Assembly: GCA_036785375.1 (NCBI GenBank)
Contig: JAWMAR010000165.1
Coordinates: 3,162,001-3,226,000 of the forward strand
Source: Leucoraja ocellata
Taxonomy: Eukaryota
Length of the DNA stretch: 64,000 nucleotides
Direction of reading: 5' to 3'
The translations under genes and the position numbers were made by a program. Below, piece after piece: positions 38,601 to 50,600 of the stretch. A model generated the notes under the pieces. The model ran no database searches and was not told the origin of the DNA. It saw only the letters and a program-made list of their open reading frames with translations. Position 1 is the stretch's first letter. Each line of letters begins with the position of its first letter.

Positions 38601-41600
38601 ATTGATGGGTGCTGTCTGTGTGGAGTTTGCACCTTCTCCCTCTGACCGTGTGAGTTTCCTCCGGGTACTCCACGTTTCCTCCCACATCCCAAAGACGTCC
38701 GGGTTTGTAGGTTAATTGGCCTCTGTAAACTGCCCCAAGTGTGTAGGGAGTGGGTGGGAAAGAATTTGTGTGAACGGGTGATCTAAACTAATCGAACCCT
38801 TTGACCCCATAGGCTTGCTTGACGTTCCAGGTTCTGTAATGTTCAAGTTTCTGCTCGGTTGGATCTCGTACGAATTAAGAAAACATTAAATTGGATAAAA
38901 ATGCTCTAAACGCAGAGCTCGTGTTTACACCCAGAGCTGCGGTCTCTGGTGGGGAAGAGCCGATCCTGGACTTACCTTGACTTTTACTTTGTCCTTTATC
39001 ATCTGGACACCCGCAGCGATGGCTGCGGAGGGTTGAGGTCCTGACCACGGGGGAAAATGAAGGAGGACTGGCCAATTTCTGTGCCTTCCACCACAGTGAT
39101 GAATGCTGTGGTGGATGTTTGTGTTAAATGTTTATTGTGTATTGTGTGTTCTTTATCATTGCACTTTATGTGCAATGTGATGAATAAAACTGATTGATTG
39201 ATTGATTGATTGAGTCAGGTACAGGGACAACATTCCTGGGAATGCAATCACCATCACACTGTGCACTGTGTCAAGGGTTGAGGAGGGGAGAGACGGGCCT
39301 CAGGGGAGGGGGCAACACCCAAAGCCTTCAAGGGGAGACGGCCAAGAGGGAGGGTGCCCTGGAAGCTGTGGATGTGGGGTGGAGGGAGGGCAACAGGTGA
39401 AGGACCCGCCAGGGCAAGGCTTGCCCCATCCCACTCAGCTGTGGAAACCCTCGGCCGGGGGGGGGGGGGGGGGGGGGTAGATGTTTCATGACCTCACAAG
39501 GTACCCCCCCAAGGTGAGCTCTAGGGAACATTCTCTCTCACCGCCTCACCGTGCCTGTGATGCTGCTGCAAGCAAGATCTCAATTGAACTCACACCCCCT
39601 ATACGTGTAAAAACTCCTCTTGACTTAATGTGCAGTTAATTACACCAATTAATTACTTTATCCACACCTACCACACAGCCACAATATCCATGCCGAACAT
39701 GATGCCAGGTTAAACTAATCTTGTACTGAACTGTATACAAAAATTAATTTCACTGTACCTCGGTACATGTGACAAATGAAGTATTACTGTTTGACCATTG
39801 ATTAAAAAGCGCCACCATGCTATCTGCCTCCACCACCAACCCTGGCAGCGCATTCCTGGCACCCACCACTCTGTGTAAAAATACTTGCCAGCACATCTCA
39901 TTCAAACTTTGCCCCACTCAGCTTCGAGCCATGCTTTCTAGTCTTTAACATTTGCACCCTGGGAAAAAGGTTCTCTGTCTACCATATCTATGCCTCCCAT
40001 AATTTTATATCTGTCAACTCTTCCCTCTCAGCTCTGACAATCCAAACAATATGACTCTGCCCAACCTCTCCCTGTTGCTGAGATCCATTAATATAGGTAG
40101 GATTCTTTTGTTTTCAGTGTGCAGTGGAAGCAGCTTCCCCCAACTCACTTCACAGAGCCCTGATAAATGTTACAGCACTCAGCAGCACAGTTGTGATGGT
40201 CAGGGGGGGGTGAGGAGGGGTGGGGGTGCGGTGGGGGGCTGAGAGTTCTGGTCCTGCACACTGCAGCTACTGACTGGCTGGCTGGAGAACATGTCGCTGG
40301 GGGTTTGGCCCAGTATGGTCAGTTCTCAGACGGCTCCCGCTCGGGTTAGCTGGTCAACGTGAGGCTTACCGCTTGTCCCTGTGATCCAGAGTATCCACGA
40401 GGTCCCGGAGGGCCCTGGGGAAAGATGGAAAATACAGGTCACGAACAGGCAGGTGCTGGACAGGTCCTATGCTGATCCACACGGTAGGTTTACTGATGTG
40501 GAGATCAAACAGTGATCACAATCCTTACCTGGAGAGATCCCAACATCAACTCCACCCAGAAATGCAAGTTTTCATCTCCTTATAGGAGCAGAATTAGCCC
40601 ATTCGGCCCATCAAGTCAACACCGCCATTCAATCATGGCTGATCTACCTTTCCCTCTCAATCCGATTCTCCTGCCTTCGCCCCTTAACTCCCAACACTCT
40701 TCCTAATCTGTCAATCTCCACTTTAAAACGTTGACTTGGCCTCAACAGCCGTCTGTGACAATTCTGTAGAATTTGGAAGAACTTGTGGAATCACAGGGAT
40801 CCGAGAATGTCGGTAAGAAGGAACTGCAGATGCTGGTTTAAACTGAAGATAGACACAAAAATCTGGAGTAACTCAACGGGACAGGCAGCATCTCTGGAGA
40901 GTTAGAATGGATGACGTTTTGGGTCAAGACCCTTCTTCAGACCTGGGAACACGCTCCCAACTGAGGGAGCTCAAAGTGAATCACAGAGAGACAAGATGTG
41001 GAGAGTGAAGGGGGTTAAGCTGACCCATCCTAGAAATAAAGGAGACTGGAGTGGGGCATAGACTGGTTGGGCCGAACGGCTTGTTTCTGTCATATATTGC
41101 GGAATAGCATGGAAAGCACTGACGGGGCATCGAGCACAAAGGCCGATCTCTCCCCGACCTTTCCTTCCTCCGTGTGGTTCCCCTCGACAGCCCTCCCACA
41201 AGCCCACCTCCCACCATCTCTTACCTGCTCTCCCTTCAATCCAGCTTCACCCGGCATCCCAGGCATCCCCGGAGTTCCTGGGTATCCATAGTGTCTGTCG
41301 TTTGGCTGGAAAAGGCAGAGGAAGAAGTGATTAGTACACGCCTGGACCTCACTGCTCCAGGCTATTCCTGGCAGGGCTAATCATCTACTTCATAGGGTAT
41401 AGCACAGAAACAGGCCCTTCAGCCCTACTCATCCATGCTGACCATGATTCGGCCCATTGAGTAGGTATGTTACAAAACCTACCTGAATCGTCATTGGGAA
41501 TCTGCCCTCAGCCATGTCGGCGATTTTGGCGCTGTTTGGAGGGGCGGGTTTAAAACGCGATTTTTACTAGGCTGTACTAATCGCACATGTTCAGCCTAGT

Positions 41601-44600
41601 AAATCATTAACGAAAAATCGCTGCAAGACCCGGTCGCAAAAGGTATTATTAGTTTTATAGGCCTCGATAATATAGTTATAATAGTTTTAAAATTACTCTC
41701 TGATTTCGCAACCTCTCGCAGCCCCAGGGTTTTATAAAGCAAACAATTAAAGGTGATGTACCTTATTTTTACATTAAATGGGGCATATATATAACCCTGA
41801 ATATCAAGTTATCTATAACGAATAGTTCATTTTGGGCTTTTTATATCCCGCAGTATTTTTCTCGGCATTTGAAGGCACTAATCCAGCGCTATGTCAACGT
41901 TCTAAACCAGCGCATTCCACATGACCCACTAGAAAGCCGATTTAAATGGGCATTTATTTACAGCAATTGAACACTAAATTCCTTCCATTTGGCCTATAAA
42001 TTAATGTAAATTAGATATAAAAATCATGTTATATTGTGAATTATTTGTGAATAATCTTTGGACACTTAGGCTATTTAAAAATGTTAATCTTTCCTTAAGA
42101 AATGGGCGTTTGACTATCCAAGATCACAGCTTTTTTTAATGTCCATTGAAATCAATAGGGAAACAAGATGCTAATTTCCGAGTATGAAAATGGTCATAAC
42201 TTTTTTAATACTTGAGATATGAAAGTGAATTTGGTGTCAAATTAAACTTATTGTTATGCTTTATCTGATGGGATAAATTGCAGACTTGATTTTTTAAATC
42301 TCAAAATTTTGTAACATTGCTACATTGAGTCCACGCCATCGTTCAATCATGGCTGATATTTCTTTCCCTCAACCCCATTCTCCTGCCATCCCCACATCCC
42401 TTGTATCTCTCCATGGCCAGAGATATCTCCCCATGGCCAGAGGTGTCTCTCCATGGCCAGAGATCAGAGTGCCACACTTCGCCTTCAGTGCATGAGTACA
42501 GTTTGCCTGAACCATGCCGTGCAGCACCAGGCTCCACATGCTCGCTGTTCTCTGGGCACAAGGCATCGTGTGAGTGGGGGCATCATACAGCAATGTGTTC
42601 CAGCACAGAACCAGCACATCAGCTTCACCATGGGGGAGCAAGGACTACATTCTGCAGCAGTTAACGGCAAATCTTGGTACATACCCTCTCCTCCTCTGTA
42701 CGGGGAGTTCGCGCTGATTCTGCTTACACTGTGGAGGAACAAACATAGCAACCACATCAGGAGCATCAATGGCCACACCTGCTGTCAAACCTTCTCACCA
42801 ACTTTGTCCACCCATCCACCAATCAAATCCTCCTCACCTGTATCCACCCCATCACTTGCCAGGCTTTGTCCCACTCCCACCTCTTTCAGATTCCCCCCCC
42901 CCCCCCCCATCACTGACCCAAAACAGGTCCACTCCCCTGCAGATGCTGCCTGACCCACTAAGCTAATCCAGCACGCTGTGTTTTGCGCAAGCTTCCTTGT
43001 ATCTCCAGGAATCTCCCTTGCTCCAAGTCCTTCGTCCACAATGAGTGTGTCGCTGCTGGTAGATATCAGACAGACTCCTCGCAGGAGATCCCAGCAGTGA
43101 CTTTGGGACTGATGATATGGGGAAGGTCCCCTCTCAGGGGATGGGGATGGTTCCAGTGGTGACTGCAGAGGGTGAAGACACAGTAGGTCCATTCTCAGGA
43201 CATGGGGAAGATCCCAGCAGTGCTTGTGGATGGAGGAAATGGAGAAAGTCCCCTCTCGGGAGATAGTGAATGTCCCAATGGTGACTGCAGAGGAGGTAGA
43301 AGGTATCATCCCTGGGCTGAAGCGGTGCTCGTGGTGAAGGGCAGTGGGCTACAGGAAGGTGGACCCTGCCCCATGGGAGGACCGTGGACAGAGGCAACTA
43401 CACTCACCTTCTCACAGTGGTCGATGGCAGATGCCCCGGGAGTGCCGTGTGACGTGTGCTCCACCTTGGCCCCAGTATAGGCCTGCGCTCCCGGCAAACC
43501 ATTGGTGCAGTTACCACAGAAGGCCTGCTGAGAGAACACACAAGGCTTAAGAACCCGTGCAACCCATGAGCTCCATTCAACCCACGCCCGACTGCTTGCC
43601 CAAGACCCAGCGCTGGAGCCAAGCTACACTGCCCGAGAAACAGGAGGCAGTCCTGCCACTGGCAACACACTCAGCATCTCCCTCGACTCCATGGTGCTGT
43701 CAGCTACCCAGGTCAGCACACCATCCACGATCTCCAGGTCTCACATTTCAGGAGTAAAATCATTCCACTGGGTGGAGGTGGAGGATTTCTGGAGAGTGCA
43801 GAAGAGGTTTAATGGATGGACACAATATGCTGGGGTAACTCAGCGGGTCAGACAGCATCTCTGGGGAAAAAGGTGAGGTGGCGTTTTAGATCAGAAGCCT
43901 TCTTCAGATTGAAAGTAGTGGGGAGGAGGGGGGGGGGGGGGAACTGAAGGTAGGAAAAGGCCAGAACAAATCAGGGCCAACAATAGATGACCAAGGAAGG
44001 GTGGAACCATAAATGGCCCACTGTTGGCTGCAGACGAGGTGACAACGAAGATATACAGGGAGATGAAATGACATTAGGACTAGGATGAGGCCAAACTTTT
44101 TCACCCAGAGCTGTGAATTTGTGGAATTCTCTGCCATAGTGGGTGCCAATTCACTAGATGTATTCAAGAGAGTTAGATAACGCTCTTGGGGCTAACGGAA
44201 TCAAGGGATATGGGGAGAAAGCAGGAACGGGGTACTGATTCTGGATGATCAGCCATGATCATATTGAATGGCGGTGCTGGCTCGTAGGGCCGAATGGCCT
44301 ACTCATGCACCTATTTTCTATGTTTCTATATTTCTATGAATAGTGGGACTAGTAGGTTGACGAAGGTGGGGGAGGGGAGAGAGGAAATGCAGGGGTTGCC
44401 TGAAGATAGAGAAATCAAAATTCATACCACTGGGTTGTAAGCTGGATGGAGTTGAGGCAGGAGGCATAAGGACAGGTGATGAATGGTTCAAGAGTGTAGA
44501 AAAAGTTTCACCAGAGCTCTGTGGATTAGGGAGTATTAGTTATAAGGAGAGATTGGACAAAGTTGGAACGTCAGAGGTTGTGGGGACCTGATACTGATAC

Positions 44601-47600
44601 AAGTATATCAAATTATGGGAGCATAGCAAAGGCAACAGTCGGAATCTTTTTCCAAGGGTGGAAATGTCAAGGACCAGAGGCTGAGCTTGAAGGCAAGAGC
44701 GGGAAATGTAAAGGAGATGTGCAGGGTAAGTATTTTGACACAGAGGGTGGTGGGTGCCTGGAATGTGTTGCCAGTGATGGTGGTGGAGGCATGTACGATA
44801 GGGGTTTCAGAAGCTTTTACACAGGCTTGGGCTATGTGGAGGGTGGGGGGGTGGATGGATATGGATCCTACAGGCAGGTAAGTGTAGATTAACAGCATCA
44901 TGTTCAGCATGGACATGTGGGCCAAATGACCTGTTCCTGTGCTGCACTCTCAAAAGTTCCTGACAGACCAGGACTTATGTTGTTGAGCCGACTCTTCAGA
45001 GAGTGATCCCACCCACCCACACCAGCACCGAGAGCGAACCTCCCCAGCTTATATCCAGTTCCCATTCCGTGAATAAGTTTCAATAGACAATAGACAATAG
45101 GTGCAGGAGTAGGCCATTCGGCCCTTCGAGCCAGCACCGCCATTCAACGTGATCATGGCTGATCATCCCAAATCAGTACCCCGTTCCTGCCTTCTCCCCA
45201 TATCCGCTGACTCCGCTATCTTTAAGAGCCCTATCTAGCTCTCTCTTGAAAGTATCCAGAGAACTGGCCTCCACCGCCCTCTGAGGCAGAGAATTCTACA
45301 GACTCACAGTTCTTTGTGTGAAGAAGTGTTTCCTCATCTACGTTCTAAATGGTTTACCCCTTAGTCTTAAACTGTGGCCCCTGGTTCTGGAGTCCCCCCT
45401 CATCGGGAACATGTTTCCTGCCTCTAGCGTGTCCAAACCCTTAATATCTTTTATGTTTCCATATCTTGCAAGTCTTGCTCAGGAGTGTGATTTTACCTTG
45501 AAGAAAGAGTTGTTCCTCCCAGCAAACAGTGAGAGTGGAGGCTGAAACACAAGGAGCAGCTGTTTAGTCTTTAAATTATAATTCGGATTTTAAAGATACA
45601 GCACGGAAACAGGCCTTCGGCCCACCGAGTTGTGGCGAACAGCAAAACCCGCATGCTAGCACCATCCAACACACCAGGGACAATTTACACATTTAACAAA
45701 GTCAATAAACCTACAAATCTGCACGTCTTTGAAATGTGGGAGAAAACCAGAGCATCCGGAGAAAACCCACGCAATCACAGGGAGAACGTTAAAAACTACG
45801 TACACGCAGCACCCGTAGTCAGGATCAAATCTGGGTCTCTGGCGCTGTCAACCCTGTTAACGTAGTCACTTCTGTTCAGCCCTGAACTATAACCTGAAGA
45901 GCCATCCGCCTGGGCTCAGTGCTGACGAATCCTAAAGACTGCAGCACATAACCTTACCAGGAGGCACACCTCTTGGAGCAAAACACCAAGTGCTGAAGAA
46001 CTCCAGTGGGTCAGGCAGCATCTGTGGTGGGAATGGACAAGACCAAGTTATGGGTCGAGACCCTTCTTCACACTAACTGTGGGGTGCGGAGGGAGGGGGG
46101 GTGGGGCTGGAGGAGAGAGGCGAGGCAGGCCAAAACATGGCAATTGATAGATGGATACAGATGAGGTGGTGGTGGGATAGTTTGATTGGCAGATGGGTGG
46201 AGTAAGTTACAAAGACTAGAGGTGAAAAGAGAAAAAAGGGAGTCAGATATGGAGAGAAGAGGACGAATGAAATGTAAATCTCTGGGCTGTTCCCAGCAGT
46301 AAACAAGTAAATCAGCACTAATCTGTACAGAGATCCAGACTTTCCTGTTTGTGTAAGTTGTCAAGGTATTACAGATATTCATCCTGTGCAGATGCTCAGC
46401 ATAAAATTCATCCTTCAAACATCATTTGAAGACAGTTGGAGAGCGGCACAGCGGGGGGAGCTACTCCCTCACAGCGCCAAAGACCGATCCTAACCTCGGG
46501 TGCTGTCTACGTGGAGCTTGCATGTTCTCACTCTGGGTGCTCCAGTTTCCACCCACATCCCAAAGACGTGCAGGATTGTAGCTTAGCCGGCCTCCGTAAA
46601 TTGCTCCTCATGTGTCGGGAGTGGATGAGAAGTGGGATGACATAAAACGTATGTGAATGGGTGATCGATGGTTGGCATGGACTCGGTGGGCCGAAGGGCC
46701 TGGTCCCTTGCTGCATCTCTAAACCAAACCAAGTCAGTGACTGGCTGGAAACAAGAGCAGATGGATTGGAGCAACCCTGCCTGTTTGTTGAGATGACAGT
46801 CTCCGAACTAAACTGCACTAAACATCATAAAACAGCCTCCTTGTTCCCCCCATGGCCCGAACAATCCCAGAATACTAACGTACATACCACCTCTCCCGGG
46901 AGTCCAGGCACACCTGGCAAACCATCATTCCCTGGAATGCCCTGGAAAGACAAACAGAGAGTTAGACAGAAGCTGCACCACAGTCCTGGTGGCAGTGGGT
47001 GCAGCGGGGACCGGGAGGGTGGGACTGTTCTGCTGGGTGAACGGCACTGGGAGGGTGGGGAGTGTGGGCAGTGTGACAGTGGGAGGGTGGGGAGTGTGGG
47101 CAGAGGGTGGGGAGTGTGGCTCCGGGATGTGGGGACTGTTCCACTGGGAGGGGTGTGTCAGAGCTGACCGTTGTCGGGGGGTATGGTGTGGGTGGACATC
47201 TGTAGCAGGGACCCCAGCAGCACGAGGTGGATTTCAGCGATGGATACACTTCATGTCTGAAGAAGTGTCCCGGCCAGAAATGTCACCTATCTATGTTCCC
47301 CAAAGATGCTGACAGTTACGGAATGGAAGGAAGCCATTTGGCCCATTGTGCCCATGCTGCCCAGTAGCAGAGTCACTCCTGTGACTGCCCATAAAGACTC
47401 TGCCATCAACTGTAACCCTGACACATTTACTAATCACAAAGCTATCAATCCGCACCTTAAAAATACCCAATGACGGCTGAGGAAGCCATGTCATTGGGTA
47501 TTTCTAAGGCGCAGATTGACAGGTTCTTGATTAGTAAGGGTGTCAGGGATTATGGGGCGAAGACAGGAGAATGGGGTTGAAAGGGAAAAGTATATCGTCC

Positions 47601-50600
47601 ATGATTAAATGGCAGATTGGACTTGATGGGCTGAATGGGCTAATTCCGCTCCTTTTGCTTGTGAATTTACAGGCCCATTAGTCAGAGTTAGGATCAAATC
47701 TGTTCCATTGTACTCGAGGTTACAACCGAGGGGTAAATATCTCCCGTCCCACGCCAGACCACCGCAGCAGCTGGGGGCACAGCTCAGGACCTCAAGTGGG
47801 AGGGCATGTCGTCCCCGAGGCTGTGGGTATCGGGCAGGTGGGAACAATAGGCAGGGGCAGAGGTCTCTGACTATCACACAGAGCCCTTTCTCGTCCTTCC
47901 TGGTGGAGCTAAGGCAAGGGGCAGGGGTGGGTTTACAGGAGGGGTTACTGATGGGCTTGGGTGGCTAGTGGGTCTAAGTGGGATCAGCCTCAAAGGACAT
48001 CAAGATTTCCAGCAGCCCGCAGGGTGTGGGGTTTATAACTGTGACAGTGAGGGGTGTATCAGTGTTAGGGAGGGGTGCATTAGTGTTACAGTTGGGGGTG
48101 TATCTGTATTAGGGAGGGGTGTATCAATGTTACAGTGAGAAGAATATCAGTTAGGGAGGAGTGTATCGATGTTAGTGTGGTGTGTGTCAGTTCAGGGGTG
48201 AAACCGTCAGGCTGAGGGGCCGCCTGCTGACGGCTGTGTCTAGTTTGGTCTATTGTCACGTGTTCTATCACCACTCCTGCTCCCCCATCTTGCTGCCTTT
48301 ACCTGGCGCCCAATTCCTCCAACTGCTCCTGGCGGCCCAGGAACTCCAGGGGGTCCAGGTGGTCCGGGTGGTCCAGGCGGGCCCTGTACAAGATGGATGG
48401 AGAGAATGAGTGGTCATCTGGGGCTGAACGTTGGAACAGTAGCAAGCGCCGACATCGCTGCCTGACAGAGGGGGGCATCAACTCACCAGAGGTCCATTTG
48501 TCCATGTCGTTCGCTCACCCTGGGCACCGGGAAGGCCATGATCTACCTGTGGTGGGGAGAGGTTCTCAGTGTTAGGTCGGGTCTGATCTAGCCCCTCCAC
48601 TTCACGGCTGAGAAACTCAACCCTCACTAATTCTCTCATCCATTTCTGTCAAGAGTGTGTCCATCATAAACAGAACGCCCATTGGCTAACTCACTCACCA
48701 GAGGGGCACCTGTGTGGGACAGTGGGCGACGTTGACACCATTGAATTCACCAGTTGAGCTCCTCCAACCTGCCTTCATCAACGGGCCAGTGGTGGGAAGA
48801 GTCAACAACCAATTTCCTGGACGTGCATATCTCTGAAGATCTGTCCTGGATCCAGCACATTGATGCAGTCATAATGAAAGCCCATCAACACCTCTACTTC
48901 CTGAGAAGATTGAGGAGATTCAATATGTCGATGAATATTCTCTTGAACTTCCATAGGTGTACGGTAGAGAGCACATTGAGTGGTTGCGTCACAGCCTGAC
49001 TCGGCAACTCGAACGCCCAGGAACGAAGGAGATTACAAAAAGTGGTGAACGTTGCTCCTTCCATCACAGGTACTGACCTCCCCACCATTGAAGGGACCTA
49101 AAGGAGGTTCTGCCTCAAAAAGACAGCCAGCATCATCAAGGACCCACATCACCCTGGCCACACTGTCATTGGACTCTTGCCATGGAGAAGATACAGGAGT
49201 CTGAAAACTGTGACCTCAGGAACAGTTTCCTCCAAACAAACATCAGGTCATTGAATATACTACAACCTCTAACTAAACTCTGAACTATGAACTGACTGGG
49301 TTGCACTCGGGACTTGGGGCATTGATTTGTTTTTTGAATTAATGGACCAACTTTTTGTTGTATATTATGGTGTCCACTGCGCTCTATATTTACACCCTTG
49401 TGCCGCTGCCAGTAAGACTTTCCCTGGTCAGTTTCTGGACAGATGGTAATGAAACACTCCTGACGTTCCTGACAGACCGCGTACATGGATGGTGAAGAGC
49501 TTCCGTCCCTACACAGCAGACCCTGGGCCAGAGATCACCGTGTGTGCCGCGCGGTACATACCGAATCACCCGGCGGCCGCCATTCTCCTTGTTGGGTTGG
49601 AACACACACACAGGGTTCGGCCGCTGCGCCCTGTGGGGGAACGAGCATAGTCAGGGACCGTCCGAGACCAGCTCAGCAGCAGGAGTGGGCATTACAGAGA
49701 GGGGTGCCCACACATTGTAGGGTTGACCCACAGTGATGGGTCTCTCCCAGTCAGGTTCATCGGGAAGGACGGGTCTCAGCACAATGTGGGATTCACCGAC
49801 ATCAAACCCCCCCCCTCCCCCCAGGCACCCCCCCCCCCCCCCCCCACTGCTAGCCCCCTCCCCCACCACTCCCGTGAATGCCCATCTCCACAGCCCTGCC
49901 CAGTCCCTCTCGCTGCCAATCTGCGGTGTGCCTAAAATACATGGCTGCTCTCGCCTCCCCGTCAGTGTCAGTGTCCCCACCCCAGCAGGTCGGACATTGC
50001 CGATTCTGCCCCACCGTCCGTCAGTTCCCAATCCCCGTGTGTCACACCCTCCGACCCCCCTCTGCAAATCCCCACCCCCTGGGCATTCAGATCACGTCAT
50101 CCTCTGTCTGATCCCCACCACCACGAGGGAGGGGAGACGGAGGTGAAGGAATGAGGGTTGGGTCCTGGGACATGTGTGATCACCCCTACCCTGGGCAAGG
50201 GGGGCTGGGCTGATGGGGTGAGGGGGTTCTTGGTCCATGTACAGTGCGGGACCAGACACCATGCATCACTGTGTCCGTATGCTGAACCTCCCCCCTCATT
50301 CCCCCACAATCCTGGGGTTTCCCACCACCCCGAATCTCAGCAGTTGCACTGTGCCCGGGCGCCAACCTCCACCCATGTCTCCATCACCCTGGGGTGCCCT
50401 GGTATCGGGGGGTTTGCTCCCTGCCCCTGGACCCCCTGTCACTCTGCCCCCACCCTCACTGCCCCATGCCCCAGTGGTGAGGGACGGGGCAGGGCAGGGA
50501 GGGGCCAGTCTGTGGGCAGTAGGCCAGTCCGGGAAGGGGCTGGGTGAGTCACGGTCAGTCCCAGCAGTGATGGGATCACTGTTCCACCTGTTTGGACACC

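Noticed and set aside
38976-39040. Cryptic exon with strong AAG|GTAAGT donor
   Set aside because: 65 nt, with an in-frame TGA in phase 0, a weak acceptor and no Gly-X-Y; appears repeat-derived.
49395-49508. Possible extra Cys-containing exon
   Set aside because: The acceptor is only 53 nt from the upstream donor and the phase-0 frame hits a stop.
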